Part shown: in pieces, positions 20,959-31,226 of the stretch | How positions within the stretch are numbered: position 1 is the stretch's first letter | How the letters are laid out: the number at the start of each line of letters is the position of its first letter | From: Candidatus Poribacteria bacterium | GTDB taxonomy: Bacteria > Poribacteria > WGA-4E > PCPOR2b | NCBI GenBank assembly: GCA_965198175.1 | Contig: OZ240245.1 | Coordinates: forward strand, 1,344,001 to 1,408,000 | Length of the DNA stretch: 64,000 nt | Direction of reading: 5' to 3' | Notes under the pieces: generated by a model | Seen by the model: the letters and a program-made list of their open reading frames with translations, nothing else | Databases searched by the model: none | Told to the model about the DNA's origin: nothing | Translations under genes and position numbers: made by a program

Positions 20959-22779
20959 ATGTTAAAATCAAATGTACTTGAACAGGATGTGCTTTATAAA
21001 ACCAGGCATAGCACAGCGCATATTATGGCACAAGCCGTAATGGAGCTTTACCCAGATGCTAAACTCGCGATTGGACCGCCCATTGAGAATGGATTTTACT
21101 ACGACTTTGATTTGGGAACGGATGAAGATGGCAACCTGCTTTCATTTTCGCCCGATAGCCTCGAAAAGATTGAAAAACGTATGCGACAAATTATCGCAGG
21201 CAATCACAAATTTATCTATCGCGAAATCAGCGTTGACGAGGCGCGCGATCTGTTCAAGAACGAGCCATATAAGTTAGAGTTAATTGATGGGCTCGTCAAG
21301 GGGGGCGCGGATGAATACGGCTACGCAACCGAGGAAACGCCTGTCATTAGCACATATCGTCATGATACCTTCGAAGATCTGTGCCGAGGACCACACGTCG
21401 AAGGTACAGACCAGATCCGGTCCGACGCCTTCAAGCTGATAAATACAGCCGGTGCATATTGGCGCGGCGACGAAAATAACCCCATGCTTCAGCGCATTTA
21501 TGGTACAGCTTGGCACACAAAGGAAGATCTTAAGCAGCACCTCCAAAGACTTGAAGAAGCCAAAAAGCGCGACCACCGCAAGCTTGGTAAGGAATTAGAG
21601 ATTTTCATTTTCGATGAAGAAGTAGGTCCCGGTTTGCCGCTGTGGTTACCGAACGGCGGAATTATTATCGAGGAATTGGAAAAGCTCGCCAAAGAAATGG
21701 AACTAAGAGCGGGTTACGACCGAGTTCGCACACCCCACTTGGCTAAGGATTCTCTCTTTAATCGCAGCGGTCACTTGGCACACTATACTGAGAGTATGTA
21801 TCCACCGATGGAAATGGAAGGCGTGCGTTACTACGTCAAGCCGATGAACTGTCCCTTTCACCACAAAATCTTCGCCAGTAGCCCGCGCAGCTATCGGAAT
21901 CTGCCGCTTCGGCTTGCCGAATACGGGACATGCTATCGCTTTGAAAAAAGCGGCGAACTCTTTGGTCTTATGCGGGTTCGATCGATGCAGATGAATGATG
22001 CCCACATCTATTGCTCCGAAGAACAGTTTGAGGATGAATTTCTCAGAGTTGTAGACCTCTATCTTGAATATTTTCGGCTATTTGGCATTGAGAAATATGT
22101 CATGCGGTTCAGTACACACCACAAAAGCGGTCTTACTAAGAAATATGTGGATAACGAACGAATGTGGCTGAAAACGGAGGAAATGGTACGAAACGCAATG
22201 AAAAATGGCGATGTGCCCTTTGTCGAGGTCCCCGATGAAGCCGCGTTCTATGGACCCAAGATTGACGTACAAATCTGGAGCGCCATTGGCCGCGAGTTTA
22301 CACTTGCTACCAATCAGGTCGATTTCGCCCAACCTGAACGGTTAGGTTTGCGTTTTGTAAACAAGGAGGGGAATCCTGAAGTACCAATCTGCCTCCACCG
22401 TGCGCCTCTCGGTACGCACGAACGCTTTATCGGGTTCTTAATTGAACATTATGCTGGTAGATTCCCGATCTGGCTTTCACCAGAGCATGTCCGGGTGATT
22501 CCTATCAACGACAATCATAACGACTACGCCCACAAATTGGTCGAACAGTTAAAGGACGCAGGTCTCCGTTCTAAGTCGGATTTGAGTAGCGAGCGGATGA
22601 ATGCGAAGATTCGCCAAGCCCAGTTGAAAAAGGTACCTTACATGCTCGTAGTTGGCGACAGAGAAGTTAGTGATGGGACTGTGTCTCTTCGAAAACGAGA
22701 TGGCTCTCGTCAAAATGGCATGCCCTTTCAACAGTTCATCGCTTTAGTGCGAGAGCAAATCGATGCTCGATCCGATTGA
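20959..22779 (+). CDS. thrS: threonine--tRNA ligase (no N-terminal TGS domain)
   Basis: RHSTAH, DLCRGPH, RDHRKLG, KPMNCPFH, AAFYGPK, HRAPLG..ERF. Confidence 0.97.
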   Translation: MLKSNVLEQDVLYKTRHSTAHIMAQAVMELYPDAKLAIGPPIENGFYYDFDLGTDEDGNLLSFSPDSLEKIEKRMRQIIAGNHKFIYREISVDEARDLFKNEPYKLELIDGLVKGGADEYGYATEETPVISTYRHDTFEDLCRGPHVEGTDQIRSDAFKLINTAGAYWRGDENNPMLQRIYGTAWHTKEDLKQHLQRLEEAKKRDHRKLGKELEIFIFDEEVGPGLPLWLPNGGIIIEELEKLAKEMELRAGYDRVRTPHLAKDSLFNRSGHLAHYTESMYPPMEMEGVRYYVKPMNCPFHHKIFASSPRSYRNLPLRLAEYGTCYRFEKSGELFGLMRVRSMQMNDAHIYCSEEQFEDEFLRVVDLYLEYFRLFGIEKYVMRFSTHHKSGLTKKYVDNERMWLKTEEMVRNAMKNGDVPFVEVPDEAAFYGPKIDVQIWSAIGREFTLATNQVDFAQPERLGLRFVNKEGNPEVPICLHRAPLGTHERFIGFLIEHYAGRFPIWLSPEHVRVIPINDNHNDYAHKLVEQLKDAGLRSKSDLSSERMNAKIRQAQLKKVPYMLVVGDREVSDGTVSLRKRDGSRQNGMPFQQFIALVREQIDARSD

Positions 22780-22907
22780 TTGTTAAGCATATCGGAGTCG
22801 AGGCCACAAGGTTCTGGCGCAATATAAGCGGGCAGAAAATGGGCCATAGCGAAAGGACATGACAACAGTTATGATTTTAGGCGTCGATAGGTGAGGATGA
22901 AAAATTT

Positions 22908-24113
22908 ATGCAGCGTATCTACTTAGACCACAATGCTACAACTCCAATTCATCCTGAAGTGCGAGAAGCGATGATACCCTACATGATGGAACACTTTGGG
23001 AACGGGTCAAGCATCCACGCTTATGGACGCGAAGCACGCAACGCAATTGATACCGCGCGTGAACAAGTGGCAGATTTAATTGGCGCGAAAAGTCCAAGTG
23101 AAGTCGTTTTCACGAGCTGTGGTACGGAAGCGGATAATTACGCCATCAAAGGGATTGCCGCGCTCCAAAAAAGTCGAAGCGGCAATAACCATATGATCAC
23201 CTCCTCGGTTGAACATCACGCGGTGCTGCATACGTGTCAACACCTTGAAAAGCACGGGTTTGAAGTGACCTATTTGCCAGTCGATCGGTATGGACGCGTT
23301 CGAATCGAAAATCTGTCCGAAGCAATCCGTGACACGACAATCTTGATTTCAATCATGCATGCTAACAATGAAAACGGAACAATTCAACCGATTGAAGAGA
23401 TTTGTGAAATCGCTCAATCGCATCGCATTCCTGTGCACACAGACGCAGTGCAGTCGGTTGGCAAGCTGCCGGTCAATGTCCAGGAGTTAGGAGTAAACCT
23501 GCTCACACTCTCGGCACACAAATTTTACGGTCCCAAAGGCATCGGTGCCCTGTATATTCGGCGCGGTACCCGTTTGGAGAACCTCCTTCACGGCGGAACG
23601 CATGAGCGCAACCGCCGCGCAGGCTCAGAGAACGTCCCTGCGATTGTTGGTATGGGTGTAGCTGCGGCGTTGGCAAAGGAACATCGTGAATCCTATAGCC
23701 AACATCTCAACCGACTAACAGGCAAATTGCGTGCAGAGCTTCATGAACGCTTGGAAAATATCTACGAGAACAGCCATCCGGAATACTGCCTCCCGGGAAC
23801 GCTGAATATTTCGTTTGAGTTCATCGAAGGGGAGAGCCTAATTTTGAGGTTGGATATGGAAGGCATCTGTGTTTCGACCGGTTCCGCCTGTACGTCTGGC
23901 TCGATGGAGCCTTCGCATGTGTTGGCGGCACTGGGTCTTTCGCCGCAGTTGGCGCAAGGCACGGTTCGGTTTTCTCTCGGCAAGGATAACACGCAGGACG
24001 AAATTGATGAAGTCATCGAAAAAGTGCCCGCGATTGTCGAGCAGATGCGTACCATATCCCCAGCCTATAAAAAGGGGGTGAAGCGTGATGCTAACCCACG
24101 GAAGGTTCAATAA
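22908..24113 (+). CDS. iscS: cysteine desulfurase (IscS/NifS type)
   Basis: YLDHNATTP, HTDAVQ, SAHKFYGPKG, STGSACTSGS.EPSHVL. Confidence 0.92.
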   Translation: MQRIYLDHNATTPIHPEVREAMIPYMMEHFGNGSSIHAYGREARNAIDTAREQVADLIGAKSPSEVVFTSCGTEADNYAIKGIAALQKSRSGNNHMITSSVEHHAVLHTCQHLEKHGFEVTYLPVDRYGRVRIENLSEAIRDTTILISIMHANNENGTIQPIEEICEIAQSHRIPVHTDAVQSVGKLPVNVQELGVNLLTLSAHKFYGPKGIGALYIRRGTRLENLLHGGTHERNRRAGSENVPAIVGMGVAAALAKEHRESYSQHLNRLTGKLRAELHERLENIYENSHPEYCLPGTLNISFEFIEGESLILRLDMEGICVSTGSACTSGSMEPSHVLAALGLSPQLAQGTVRFSLGKDNTQDEIDEVIEKVPAIVEQMRTISPAYKKGVKRDANPRKVQ

Positions 24114-24159
24114 CTTGTAGGGGTGTGAAGATCAATTACAAGCATAGCCAATCTTTGAT

Positions 24160-25152
24160 ATGGCAAGTATCTACACCTATCTCGTTGAATTAGAGCACCA
24201 TGGTTCCCGATTAGATCGGTTTGTAGAGGAACAGCATGTTGCAGCCCAGCCGAATCAGTTGTCTAGAACAGCTATACAAAAATTAGTCCGCGAAGGTGTC
24301 GTGACAGTCAACGGCAAAGCTAGTAAACCTGGCTATAAACTGCGAGTTGGCGATCGAATCACCCTCAGCCTTCCAGATGCTCTCCCGCTGGAAATCATCC
24401 AACCCGAACACCTCCCGCTCGATATTCTGTATGAAGATTCCAGCCTGATCGTTGTGAACAAACCTGCGGACATGCTTGTTCACCCTGCTGGCGGTGTTAA
24501 TTCGGGAACGCTTGTCAATACCTTTCTAGCGCACTGTGGGAATCTGGCTGGAATTGGCGGAGTGCAGCGACCCGGTATTGTACATCGTCTCGATAAGGAT
24601 ACATCGGGCGTGCTCGTTGCCGCGAAGACGGATGATGCGCATCATCGTCTTGCGGCTCAATTTGAAGCCCATACCACCACGCGCGAGTATCTCGCTGTGA
24701 CCTGCGGTGTTCCCAAGTCAGAAGCCGGGACAATCGACGCCTCAATCCGACGAAGTCGCAGAGATGGTCGAAAAATGACCGTAACAAAGGTTGGAGGTCG
24801 TCATGCAGTTACCCACTATCGGGTCCTGGAGGTTCATGACCGGTTCGCTCTACTTCGGTTGAATTTGGAAACCGGGCGTCTTCACCAAATTCGCGTTCAT
24901 CTCAGTCACATCGGTCATGCAGTTGCAGGAGATGCCGTCTATGGCGGTGGGCGACATCAGGCATTGCGCAACGCCCATTCTGCATCGCTAGTGGAAGCAT
25001 TTGCGAAGCTCAATCGCCAAGCGTTACACGCACAAACACTTGGATTTAATCATCCTGAAACGGGCGAACGATTGACGTTTTCGGCGCCGATGCCTATGGA
25101 TATGCAGCGGGTTGTTAATCTACTCAGGAGTGAAAATACGGAGGGAAGATAA
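24160..25152 (+). CDS. rluD: RluA/RluD family pseudouridine synthase
   Basis: S4 domain, VNKP, VHRLDKDTSG, ETGRLHQIRVH, RQALHA. Confidence 0.9.
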   Translation: MASIYTYLVELEHHGSRLDRFVEEQHVAAQPNQLSRTAIQKLVREGVVTVNGKASKPGYKLRVGDRITLSLPDALPLEIIQPEHLPLDILYEDSSLIVVNKPADMLVHPAGGVNSGTLVNTFLAHCGNLAGIGGVQRPGIVHRLDKDTSGVLVAAKTDDAHHRLAAQFEAHTTTREYLAVTCGVPKSEAGTIDASIRRSRRDGRKMTVTKVGGRHAVTHYRVLEVHDRFALLRLNLETGRLHQIRVHLSHIGHAVAGDAVYGGGRHQALRNAHSASLVEAFAKLNRQALHAQTLGFNHPETGERLTFSAPMPMDMQRVVNLLRSENTEGR

Positions 25153-25179
25153 AGCGTGATGTATCTTCTTGTTTTCCAC

Positions 25180-25208
25180 TTGACGACGTTGTGGGAATGA
25201 GGTATCAT
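25180..25208 (+). promoter_or_regulatory. sigma70 promoter upstream of the sigma54 activator gene
   Basis: TTGACG-17-TATCAT. Confidence 0.55.
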
Positions 25209-25516
25209 TCTCTGTCTGTATTTTCGATAAGATTCCTTATTTAAGAAAACAATGGAGACTCTCCCGCGAAAGCTAGGGCTTGCAGTTGTGAACTTGCGAA
25301 ACTCTAATCGCGGCGATTTCGTTCAAAAAGAGAGGAGTAAATCACAGTTCTGTAGAAATTCCTAATACTCCAACAATCTTAATTGAAGATTGACTCGCTT
25401 GTTGTGCGGGTCATCGAAAAGAGACAAACGCAACATCAACACATAAATAATATGCGAAAACTCATTCCTTAGGTAGTGGCTAAATAGACAACGCCTTTGT
25501 TGTCCAAAATTATTGA

Positions 25517-26944
25517 GTGAGAAAAATGAACAACCAGACAACTGCCCTCGTTGTTGATTCTGATCGGGGACAACGCGACACGATTTGTCACGCGCTTGAA
25601 GGCGAAGGCTTGAATGTGCTTGTCACCGACAATCAATATGCAGCGTTAGATCGCATTGAGCGCCTAGAAATCGATGTTCTAATTGCTCCGCTTAAAGCAG
25701 ACCGAATCGACGGTCTAAAACTACTTGAAGCCGCTTATGGCAGAAATCCAGATGTCGGCGTCATTTTCACAACGGCGGCGAATGTATTAGAAACAGATAC
25801 TGGCATCAAAGCCACGCTTCATCACAAATCAAGCTTTTTTCTACCGAAGCCACTCAGACCCGTTCACCTGAAAGCATTTCTCCACAAGATACTCGAAACC
25901 CGCCGCCTTACCCTAGAGAATCGTCGATTAAAGTCCCAGATTGATAACAGGGTGGGCCCCCTCCAATTAACAGGACACTCGCCGGGGATGCAGGAGGTTC
26001 GGCAGATTATCTCGCAGGTCGCTCCGACAAAAGCTACAGTTATAATCCGCGGTGAACGCGGCACCGGAAAGGAACTAATTGCGCGTGCTATCCATCATCG
26101 TAGTCTGCTACCAGGCCAACTCGTTGCTTTCAATTGCGCCGGTCTTACCGAGAGCCTCGCTGAGTCTGAGATGTTTGGACATGAGCGGGGCGCGTTTACA
26201 GGGGCTGATCGGAGGCGCAAAGGGCGATTTGAGACAGCGCATGGCGGCTCCCTATTCCTTGATGAGGTAGTCCATATGAGCCTATCGAATCAAGCAATGT
26301 TGCTCCGCGTTCTTGAAGACAAAAATTTTGAGAGAGTGGGCGGCAATGAACCGGTTAAAGTCGATGTGCGCATCATCTGCGCAACGAACCGCAATCTTGA
26401 GGAAGCAGTAGAGGATGGAAATTTTCTGGCGGATCTCTATGATCGGTTAAACGTGATTCAGATTACCTTGCCCACGCTTCGTGAGCGGAAAGAGGATATT
26501 CCGTTATTAGTCAAGGTTTTCATTGAGGAATTTAGTAGAGAAAATCGAAAGGCAGTTAGAAATATGACCTCTCGCGCTCTGCGAACCTTGATGAAGCATG
26601 ATTGGCCCGGAAACGTCCGCGAGTTGAGAAACTGCATTGAAGGTATGGTCGTCATGTCCAATCGAACAGAGCTAAATATCGAAGATCTCCCCGAGCATAT
26701 TCTAAAGGTGGCTGGTGCGACCCCACCGTTTATTTTCTCGGCACCAACCGCTCTTGATTCAACGCAAAGCGAACTCTCCCCATCCCATTTGGATCTTGAG
26801 GTCGGACTGTCACTGGCGGAGATTGAGAAGGAATCAATTCGAGCGACACTCAAGCATGTTGAAAATAATAAAGCCAAAGCAGCAAAGATTTTAGGCGTTT
26901 CAAAACGAACTATCTTTAGAAAAATCAAAGAATACGACTTGTGA
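25517..26944 (+). CDS. sigma54-dependent enhancer-binding protein (NtrC/AtoC type) with atypical receiver
   Basis: GERGTGKE, ESEMFGHERGAFTGA, LFLDEV, WPGNVREL, Fis-type HTH. Confidence 0.93.
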   Translation: MRKMNNQTTALVVDSDRGQRDTICHALEGEGLNVLVTDNQYAALDRIERLEIDVLIAPLKADRIDGLKLLEAAYGRNPDVGVIFTTAANVLETDTGIKATLHHKSSFFLPKPLRPVHLKAFLHKILETRRLTLENRRLKSQIDNRVGPLQLTGHSPGMQEVRQIISQVAPTKATVIIRGERGTGKELIARAIHHRSLLPGQLVAFNCAGLTESLAESEMFGHERGAFTGADRRRKGRFETAHGGSLFLDEVVHMSLSNQAMLLRVLEDKNFERVGGNEPVKVDVRIICATNRNLEEAVEDGNFLADLYDRLNVIQITLPTLRERKEDIPLLVKVFIEEFSRENRKAVRNMTSRALRTLMKHDWPGNVRELRNCIEGMVVMSNRTELNIEDLPEHILKVAGATPPFIFSAPTALDSTQSELSPSHLDLEVGLSLAEIEKESIRATLKHVENNKAKAAKILGVSKRTIFRKIKEYDL

Positions 26945-26945
26945 G

Positions 26946-27716
26946 ATGACTAACCCATCTGGTTCATGCGTTTATCGTATCCCGTTACTACGATATTTCA
27001 GTTGTTGGAGAAACGTGAGACTGATATTAATGGTATCGTTGCCGCTTTTCCTGCTTGTCTCAAGTGGATTTTCCCAAGGCGCCACGCTAGATGAAAACCA
27101 GACGAGTTTTTTCGATTTGATAATTACGGTAGTCTCGATAATTATCCCAGCGCTGCTTGTAGCGGGGGTTGTCCTTGGAATCTATGCTTGGCTCCGGCGA
27201 AATAGGATGAACCTGCCTCGTCTCTTGCGCCGTGATGAATCGACAGAACATAGTGAAATGTTGCACGACAGGATCCCCCTATTGACGCGTAGGGCGAATG
27301 CCAATCGGTCGGAAGACAAAGCTACGGAACAGCTTATTCCCTTAGAACCGGAGACCGATACACTCACGCTTGAGAGCACTGCGTTGAAGGAGTTGGAACA
27401 AACCTTACGGCTGCGTGAAGATGGTCACATCCTCCAATATTACGAATCCATTGCCATGACCACGAAGCGGTATATCAGCGAAAAGTACCAAATCAAAATC
27501 GTCGACACGAGTCTAATTTTAGATAGTCTGCCTCACGATCTGACCGATAGTGTTGCAGATCACGTCGGCGAAATTCTCCGCACATGTGATATGGTTCAGT
27601 TTTCCCGCCATCGTCCGTCTAGATCAGAAATGAATAGGATACATCAAACGGCAAAGGAATTTTTCGAAAGCCAGATCGCAGCGTCACCTGCCAAAGACGG
27701 AACTCTTGACGATTAA
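26946..27716 (+). CDS. hypothetical membrane-anchored protein
   Basis: Signal-like and TM segments, then helical domain (YYESIA...RYISEKY, CDMVQFSRH). Confidence 0.6.
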   Translation: MTNPSGSCVYRIPLLRYFSCWRNVRLILMVSLPLFLLVSSGFSQGATLDENQTSFFDLIITVVSIIIPALLVAGVVLGIYAWLRRNRMNLPRLLRRDESTEHSEMLHDRIPLLTRRANANRSEDKATEQLIPLEPETDTLTLESTALKELEQTLRLREDGHILQYYESIAMTTKRYISEKYQIKIVDTSLILDSLPHDLTDSVADHVGEILRTCDMVQFSRHRPSRSEMNRIHQTAKEFFESQIAASPAKDGTLDD

Positions 27717-27795
27717 CCTTTGGCGTCTGTCTAGAACAAAGTTGCGCGATCAATAAAGAGGCAAACCCATCTTCACCAGGCAGCACGCCTTCCCA

Positions 27796-29076
27796 CTACC
27801 CCATAACCGGAAGAATCGAACCACCGTTCGGCATCACGATTATATCGGCTCCCTGCCCCACTTCATCAAACGCGGCTTGCATAGCTTCACGCAGATGAGA
27901 AAAGGGGACCAAACCACAATCTCGAACTGATTCGGCTGGGAGAGCTGAGACCAGATAAACCTTAGTTCGACGCAACACGGCGGCAATAGCAGCCGCTTTG
28001 TGACCGCCTATCACGAACTTTTGCTGGATTCTGTCTAATACCTCCTCGGGAGAGTTAGCGTTCGTCATCCAAGTCTCGAAGGTCTGGTTGCCGAAGCCCT
28101 CGCTGCACTCGGCTGACAAAATGATGAGTCCTCCATCGCGGACGGAGTATTGTGCATTGTCCAACGCCTTCTGTGCTTGATACAGGTTTACGTCGCTAGG
28201 ATATCCCCCCGCGCTTACCAGAACGATGTCTGCCTGCTTAGGAATTTCGACCGTGCTGCGTTGCGCTGCTATGTCACACCCTCGTCGATGAGCAACGGTT
28301 ACATCGCCCGCGACAGCACCGATGATGCGATAGTGACCGTCCAAAACCACGTTAAATATAAAGTCGACACCGACCATGGCGACCCCTTCCTCAATGTCAC
28401 CGCGGACCGGATTACCTTCCAATCGACCCGCGCACGCCTCAGAACGTACCATCATGGCGTGGTTGGCGGTAATCGTTGCTTCCGAAGCGCATCCGGGGAG
28501 AATCGCCTTCGCACCGCCAGAGTAGCCCACGAAGTAATGTAGCTCAACGTTACCTAAGCAGATGCGTACATCAGATTCAACAACGGGGCGAAAAATCTCG
28601 ACTGGTGTGCCGGCAGCAGTAACGCCCAATCGGACGATGTCCCTGGGGTCGTGATTGATTACCGCCACACGGCGATATACATCTGGACCAACCGTAGCCT
28701 TTAGTTCCGACTCCGCCATTTGTCGATGCAACCCTAGTGCGATGACGACAGTCACATCCGCGTTGGGGATGCCGCTTGCCGCCAATTCGTCAAGGATAAG
28801 TTGCAGCAGCCGCTCAGACGGACAGGGACGGGTCAGGTCGCTGGTCACAATCACTATCTTTTGCCCCGGTCGAACCAAGTCGCGCAGACGCGGAGAACAG
28901 ACGGGCTTCTCCAATGCTTCGCGCAAAAGTACATCCTCATCGAGCACTTCTCCATCCGCTTGTGGTGTATAGATACCGAGAATATTCTCGGTCGGCGCAT
29001 CAACGCTTACGGATGAACGCCCGAACGGTAATTCTAGTGTTGTCACATCCATTTTCAGAATTGTTCCTCTCCCCAT
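27796..29076 (-). CDS. larA: LarA-family nickel-pincer racemase/epimerase (start may be 29052)
   Basis: SDLTRPCP, LGLHR, HYFVGYSGGAKAILPG, NH, NLYQAQKA, GGHKA. Confidence 0.85.
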   Translation of the reverse strand: MGRGTILKMDVTTLELPFGRSSVSVDAPTENILGIYTPQADGEVLDEDVLLREALEKPVCSPRLRDLVRPGQKIVIVTSDLTRPCPSERLLQLILDELAASGIPNADVTVVIALGLHRQMAESELKATVGPDVYRRVAVINHDPRDIVRLGVTAAGTPVEIFRPVVESDVRICLGNVELHYFVGYSGGAKAILPGCASEATITANHAMMVRSEACAGRLEGNPVRGDIEEGVAMVGVDFIFNVVLDGHYRIIGAVAGDVTVAHRRGCDIAAQRSTVEIPKQADIVLVSAGGYPSDVNLYQAQKALDNAQYSVRDGGLIILSAECSEGFGNQTFETWMTNANSPEEVLDRIQQKFVIGGHKAAAIAAVLRRTKVYLVSALPAESVRDCGLVPFSHLREAMQAAFDEVGQGADIIVMPNGGSILPVMG

Positions 29077-29233
29077 CTCGGATCTGGATGAATCGCTTTT
29101 TCAACACATTCAAGATGACATTCAATCAACGTAATTTTTTCGCTTTGGACGGTTCTTTCATAACATCTTAATAAATGCCTGCAAAACTCAAACTTGATTT
29201 CCATCCAATTTTAACCAGCGCTTCCCAAATCCG

Positions 29234-29695
29234 CTACAGCCTTCGCAGGAACGCCGACAAAAAAATTACGATTAGCCCCAATATTAACGTCAGGTTAATC
29301 CACGGCGAAGGGCGTTTTTGGAAGAGGTCAAAAACAGGGTACGGAAACGTGAGGACGATGCCGAGCGTAAAGATAAGAAAAACGATAAAGAGCTTGATGC
29401 CCAGGACGAGAATATAATAGGAAAAGTCCGGGGATATCCCCGACACAGTGGTTGCATTTGCGGATCTCAGGAATGAGACAAAGTTGTAGATCCCTGATGC
29501 CAAGATGGTTGTCAGGGCGATCCAGACAATAACTCTGAATCGGCGCAACGCTGCTGCGATGAGTTTTAGTTGGTAGTTTTCGGGTAGGCTGCGGGAAGCG
29601 GGGAGAAGAACAACTCGAAGGAAGAAAAAACCACCAATCATCAGGACGACAGATGCGATGTGCAGCCACTGTATCAGTGCGGGTAGAAATGTCAT
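29234..29695 (-). CDS. 4-TM membrane protein (CopD/DUF4149-like)
   Basis: WLHIAS...GG.FF...VLLP, SGIYN, LGIKL pattern. Confidence 0.65.
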   Translation of the reverse strand: MTFLPALIQWLHIASVVLMIGGFFFLRVVLLPASRSLPENYQLKLIAAALRRFRVIVWIALTTILASGIYNFVSFLRSANATTVSGISPDFSYYILVLGIKLFIVFLIFTLGIVLTFPYPVFDLFQKRPSPWINLTLILGLIVIFLSAFLRRL

Positions 29696-29933
29696 GTTGA
29701 CGTGAAGTGTGATACATAAAACGTTGGAATGGGGGTTAAGCACATAACATCAGGATGACCTAACAGCCGTGTAAGACAGTGTTCGGTATATGGAAGCAAA
29801 CCAACTCTCTTAACCTCGTCGCATCGCGAAACTTCCGCGCTTCTCCGCGAACACGGCTCTTATTGGTTACGCGCTTCGCGGTTCATTCGCTTACAATTTC
29901 TTGAGCTACGACTGTACGCCCGGATTGAAGCAA

Positions 29934-30173
29934 CTACGCAACAATATCGCCGCCAAGCGGCTCGAAGCAAGTTCGAGAACGACCACAGCCTTCCGGCGAA
30001 ACAAATTTATCGTCTGGACCAACTGCTGCCATCGTGCAATTGCACCAATAGTGCGAGTAAGGGTTGGTTTCGACAAGATTCTGTAAACTCCCACCGGCGA
30101 TATAAAGCGCCTTTGTGCGTATATTTTGACATATCGGTCGATTCAAGAGGGACAAACTTTTCGCTTCTTCCAT
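29934..30173 (-). CDS. small Cys-rich protein at the end of the molybdoenzyme operon
   Basis: AGGAGA RBS; C..IRTK, YWCNCT...GPDD, C...RTC. Confidence 0.7.
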   Translation of the reverse strand: MEEAKSLSLLNRPICQNIRTKALYIAGGSLQNLVETNPYSHYWCNCTMAAVGPDDKFVSPEGCGRSRTCFEPLGGDIVA

Positions 30174-30190
30174 GTCAATTCTCCTATACC

Positions 30191-31165
30191 CTACGATGCC
30201 TTCATTGTTGCGCGGCTGACGAGATTTTGGGTTAATGTCACCTTATAACCGTTGTCATTCAGTGGTTCTGCGTCCTTAACGGCTTCTTTTCCCGCTCGCT
30301 TTGCAAGGGCTTCGGTGATACGCTTGCCGTTGAGCGCAGCTTCAGCCTCCTTGGATCGCCAAGGAATTGGCGCAACCCCACCGAGCACGATGCTTGCTCT
30401 GTGGCAGGTCGTGCCGTCCATATCGAAGGCAGCGGCGACGCTCACCAACGCAAAGTCGAAAGACCCTCTTTCGCGGGCTTTGAGATAGAAACTCTTCGCA
30501 TTAGTCCCCGGTTTTGGGACATGAACTTCCGCTACGACCTCGTTCGGTTCAAGGACGTTTTCACGTTGGGGATTGACATCTGGCAAGATGAAAAATTCCT
30601 CCAATGGCATTGTCCTTTCCCCATCGGGTCCAATAATCTTCACGGTGGCGCCGAGAGCGATTAACGCCGGCGCGGTATCAGAGGGATGGACGATATAGAC
30701 GGGTCCACCACCGAAGATTGCGTGGTACTTGCTCAACCCATCGACCGCGTAACACATGTCGCCTCCTTTCTTCAAGCAGATGACCTCTGGGTTGCGATAA
30801 TACCAGCAACGAGGACGCTGGCACAAGTTGCCGCCGAGCGTGCCAACGTTACGAATCTGCGGCGACGCGACCGAGGCTGCGGCTTCAGCGAGGGCGATGT
30901 AATGCTTCTGAATTGTTGGGTGTGCAGCAATCTCTCCCAGTGTCGCCAATGCACCAATTGTCAATCCAGACGCATCGGCTTTAATCTCGTCCAGACCGGG
31001 GATGGTTTTGAGGTTGACCACCTTCGCCGGAGTTTCGATGTACTCCTTGAGCTCACCGAGAAGATCCGTTCCTCCTGCAATAACCATCGTTTCGCCCCAT
31101 TCATCGCTCAACAGGGAGGAGGCTTGTTCGACGTTTGCTGCATTGACGTAAGCAAATTTTTCCAT
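30191..31165 (-). CDS. xanthine dehydrogenase family FAD subunit (PaoB/YagS-like)
   Basis: AGGTDL, ASPQIRNVGTLGGNLCQRPRCWYYR plus two further Cys (4Fe-4S insert), HPSD. Confidence 0.92.
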   Translation of the reverse strand: MEKFAYVNAANVEQASSLLSDEWGETMVIAGGTDLLGELKEYIETPAKVVNLKTIPGLDEIKADASGLTIGALATLGEIAAHPTIQKHYIALAEAAASVASPQIRNVGTLGGNLCQRPRCWYYRNPEVICLKKGGDMCYAVDGLSKYHAIFGGGPVYIVHPSDTAPALIALGATVKIIGPDGERTMPLEEFFILPDVNPQRENVLEPNEVVAEVHVPKPGTNAKSFYLKARERGSFDFALVSVAAAFDMDGTTCHRASIVLGGVAPIPWRSKEAEAALNGKRITEALAKRAGKEAVKDAEPLNDNGYKVTLTQNLVSRATMKAS

Positions 31166-31226
31166 ATTTCCATCTCCTCATTTCTTTCCAAGTGAAAATT
31201 GGAAGGTTTCACGTATGGGGATAGAT

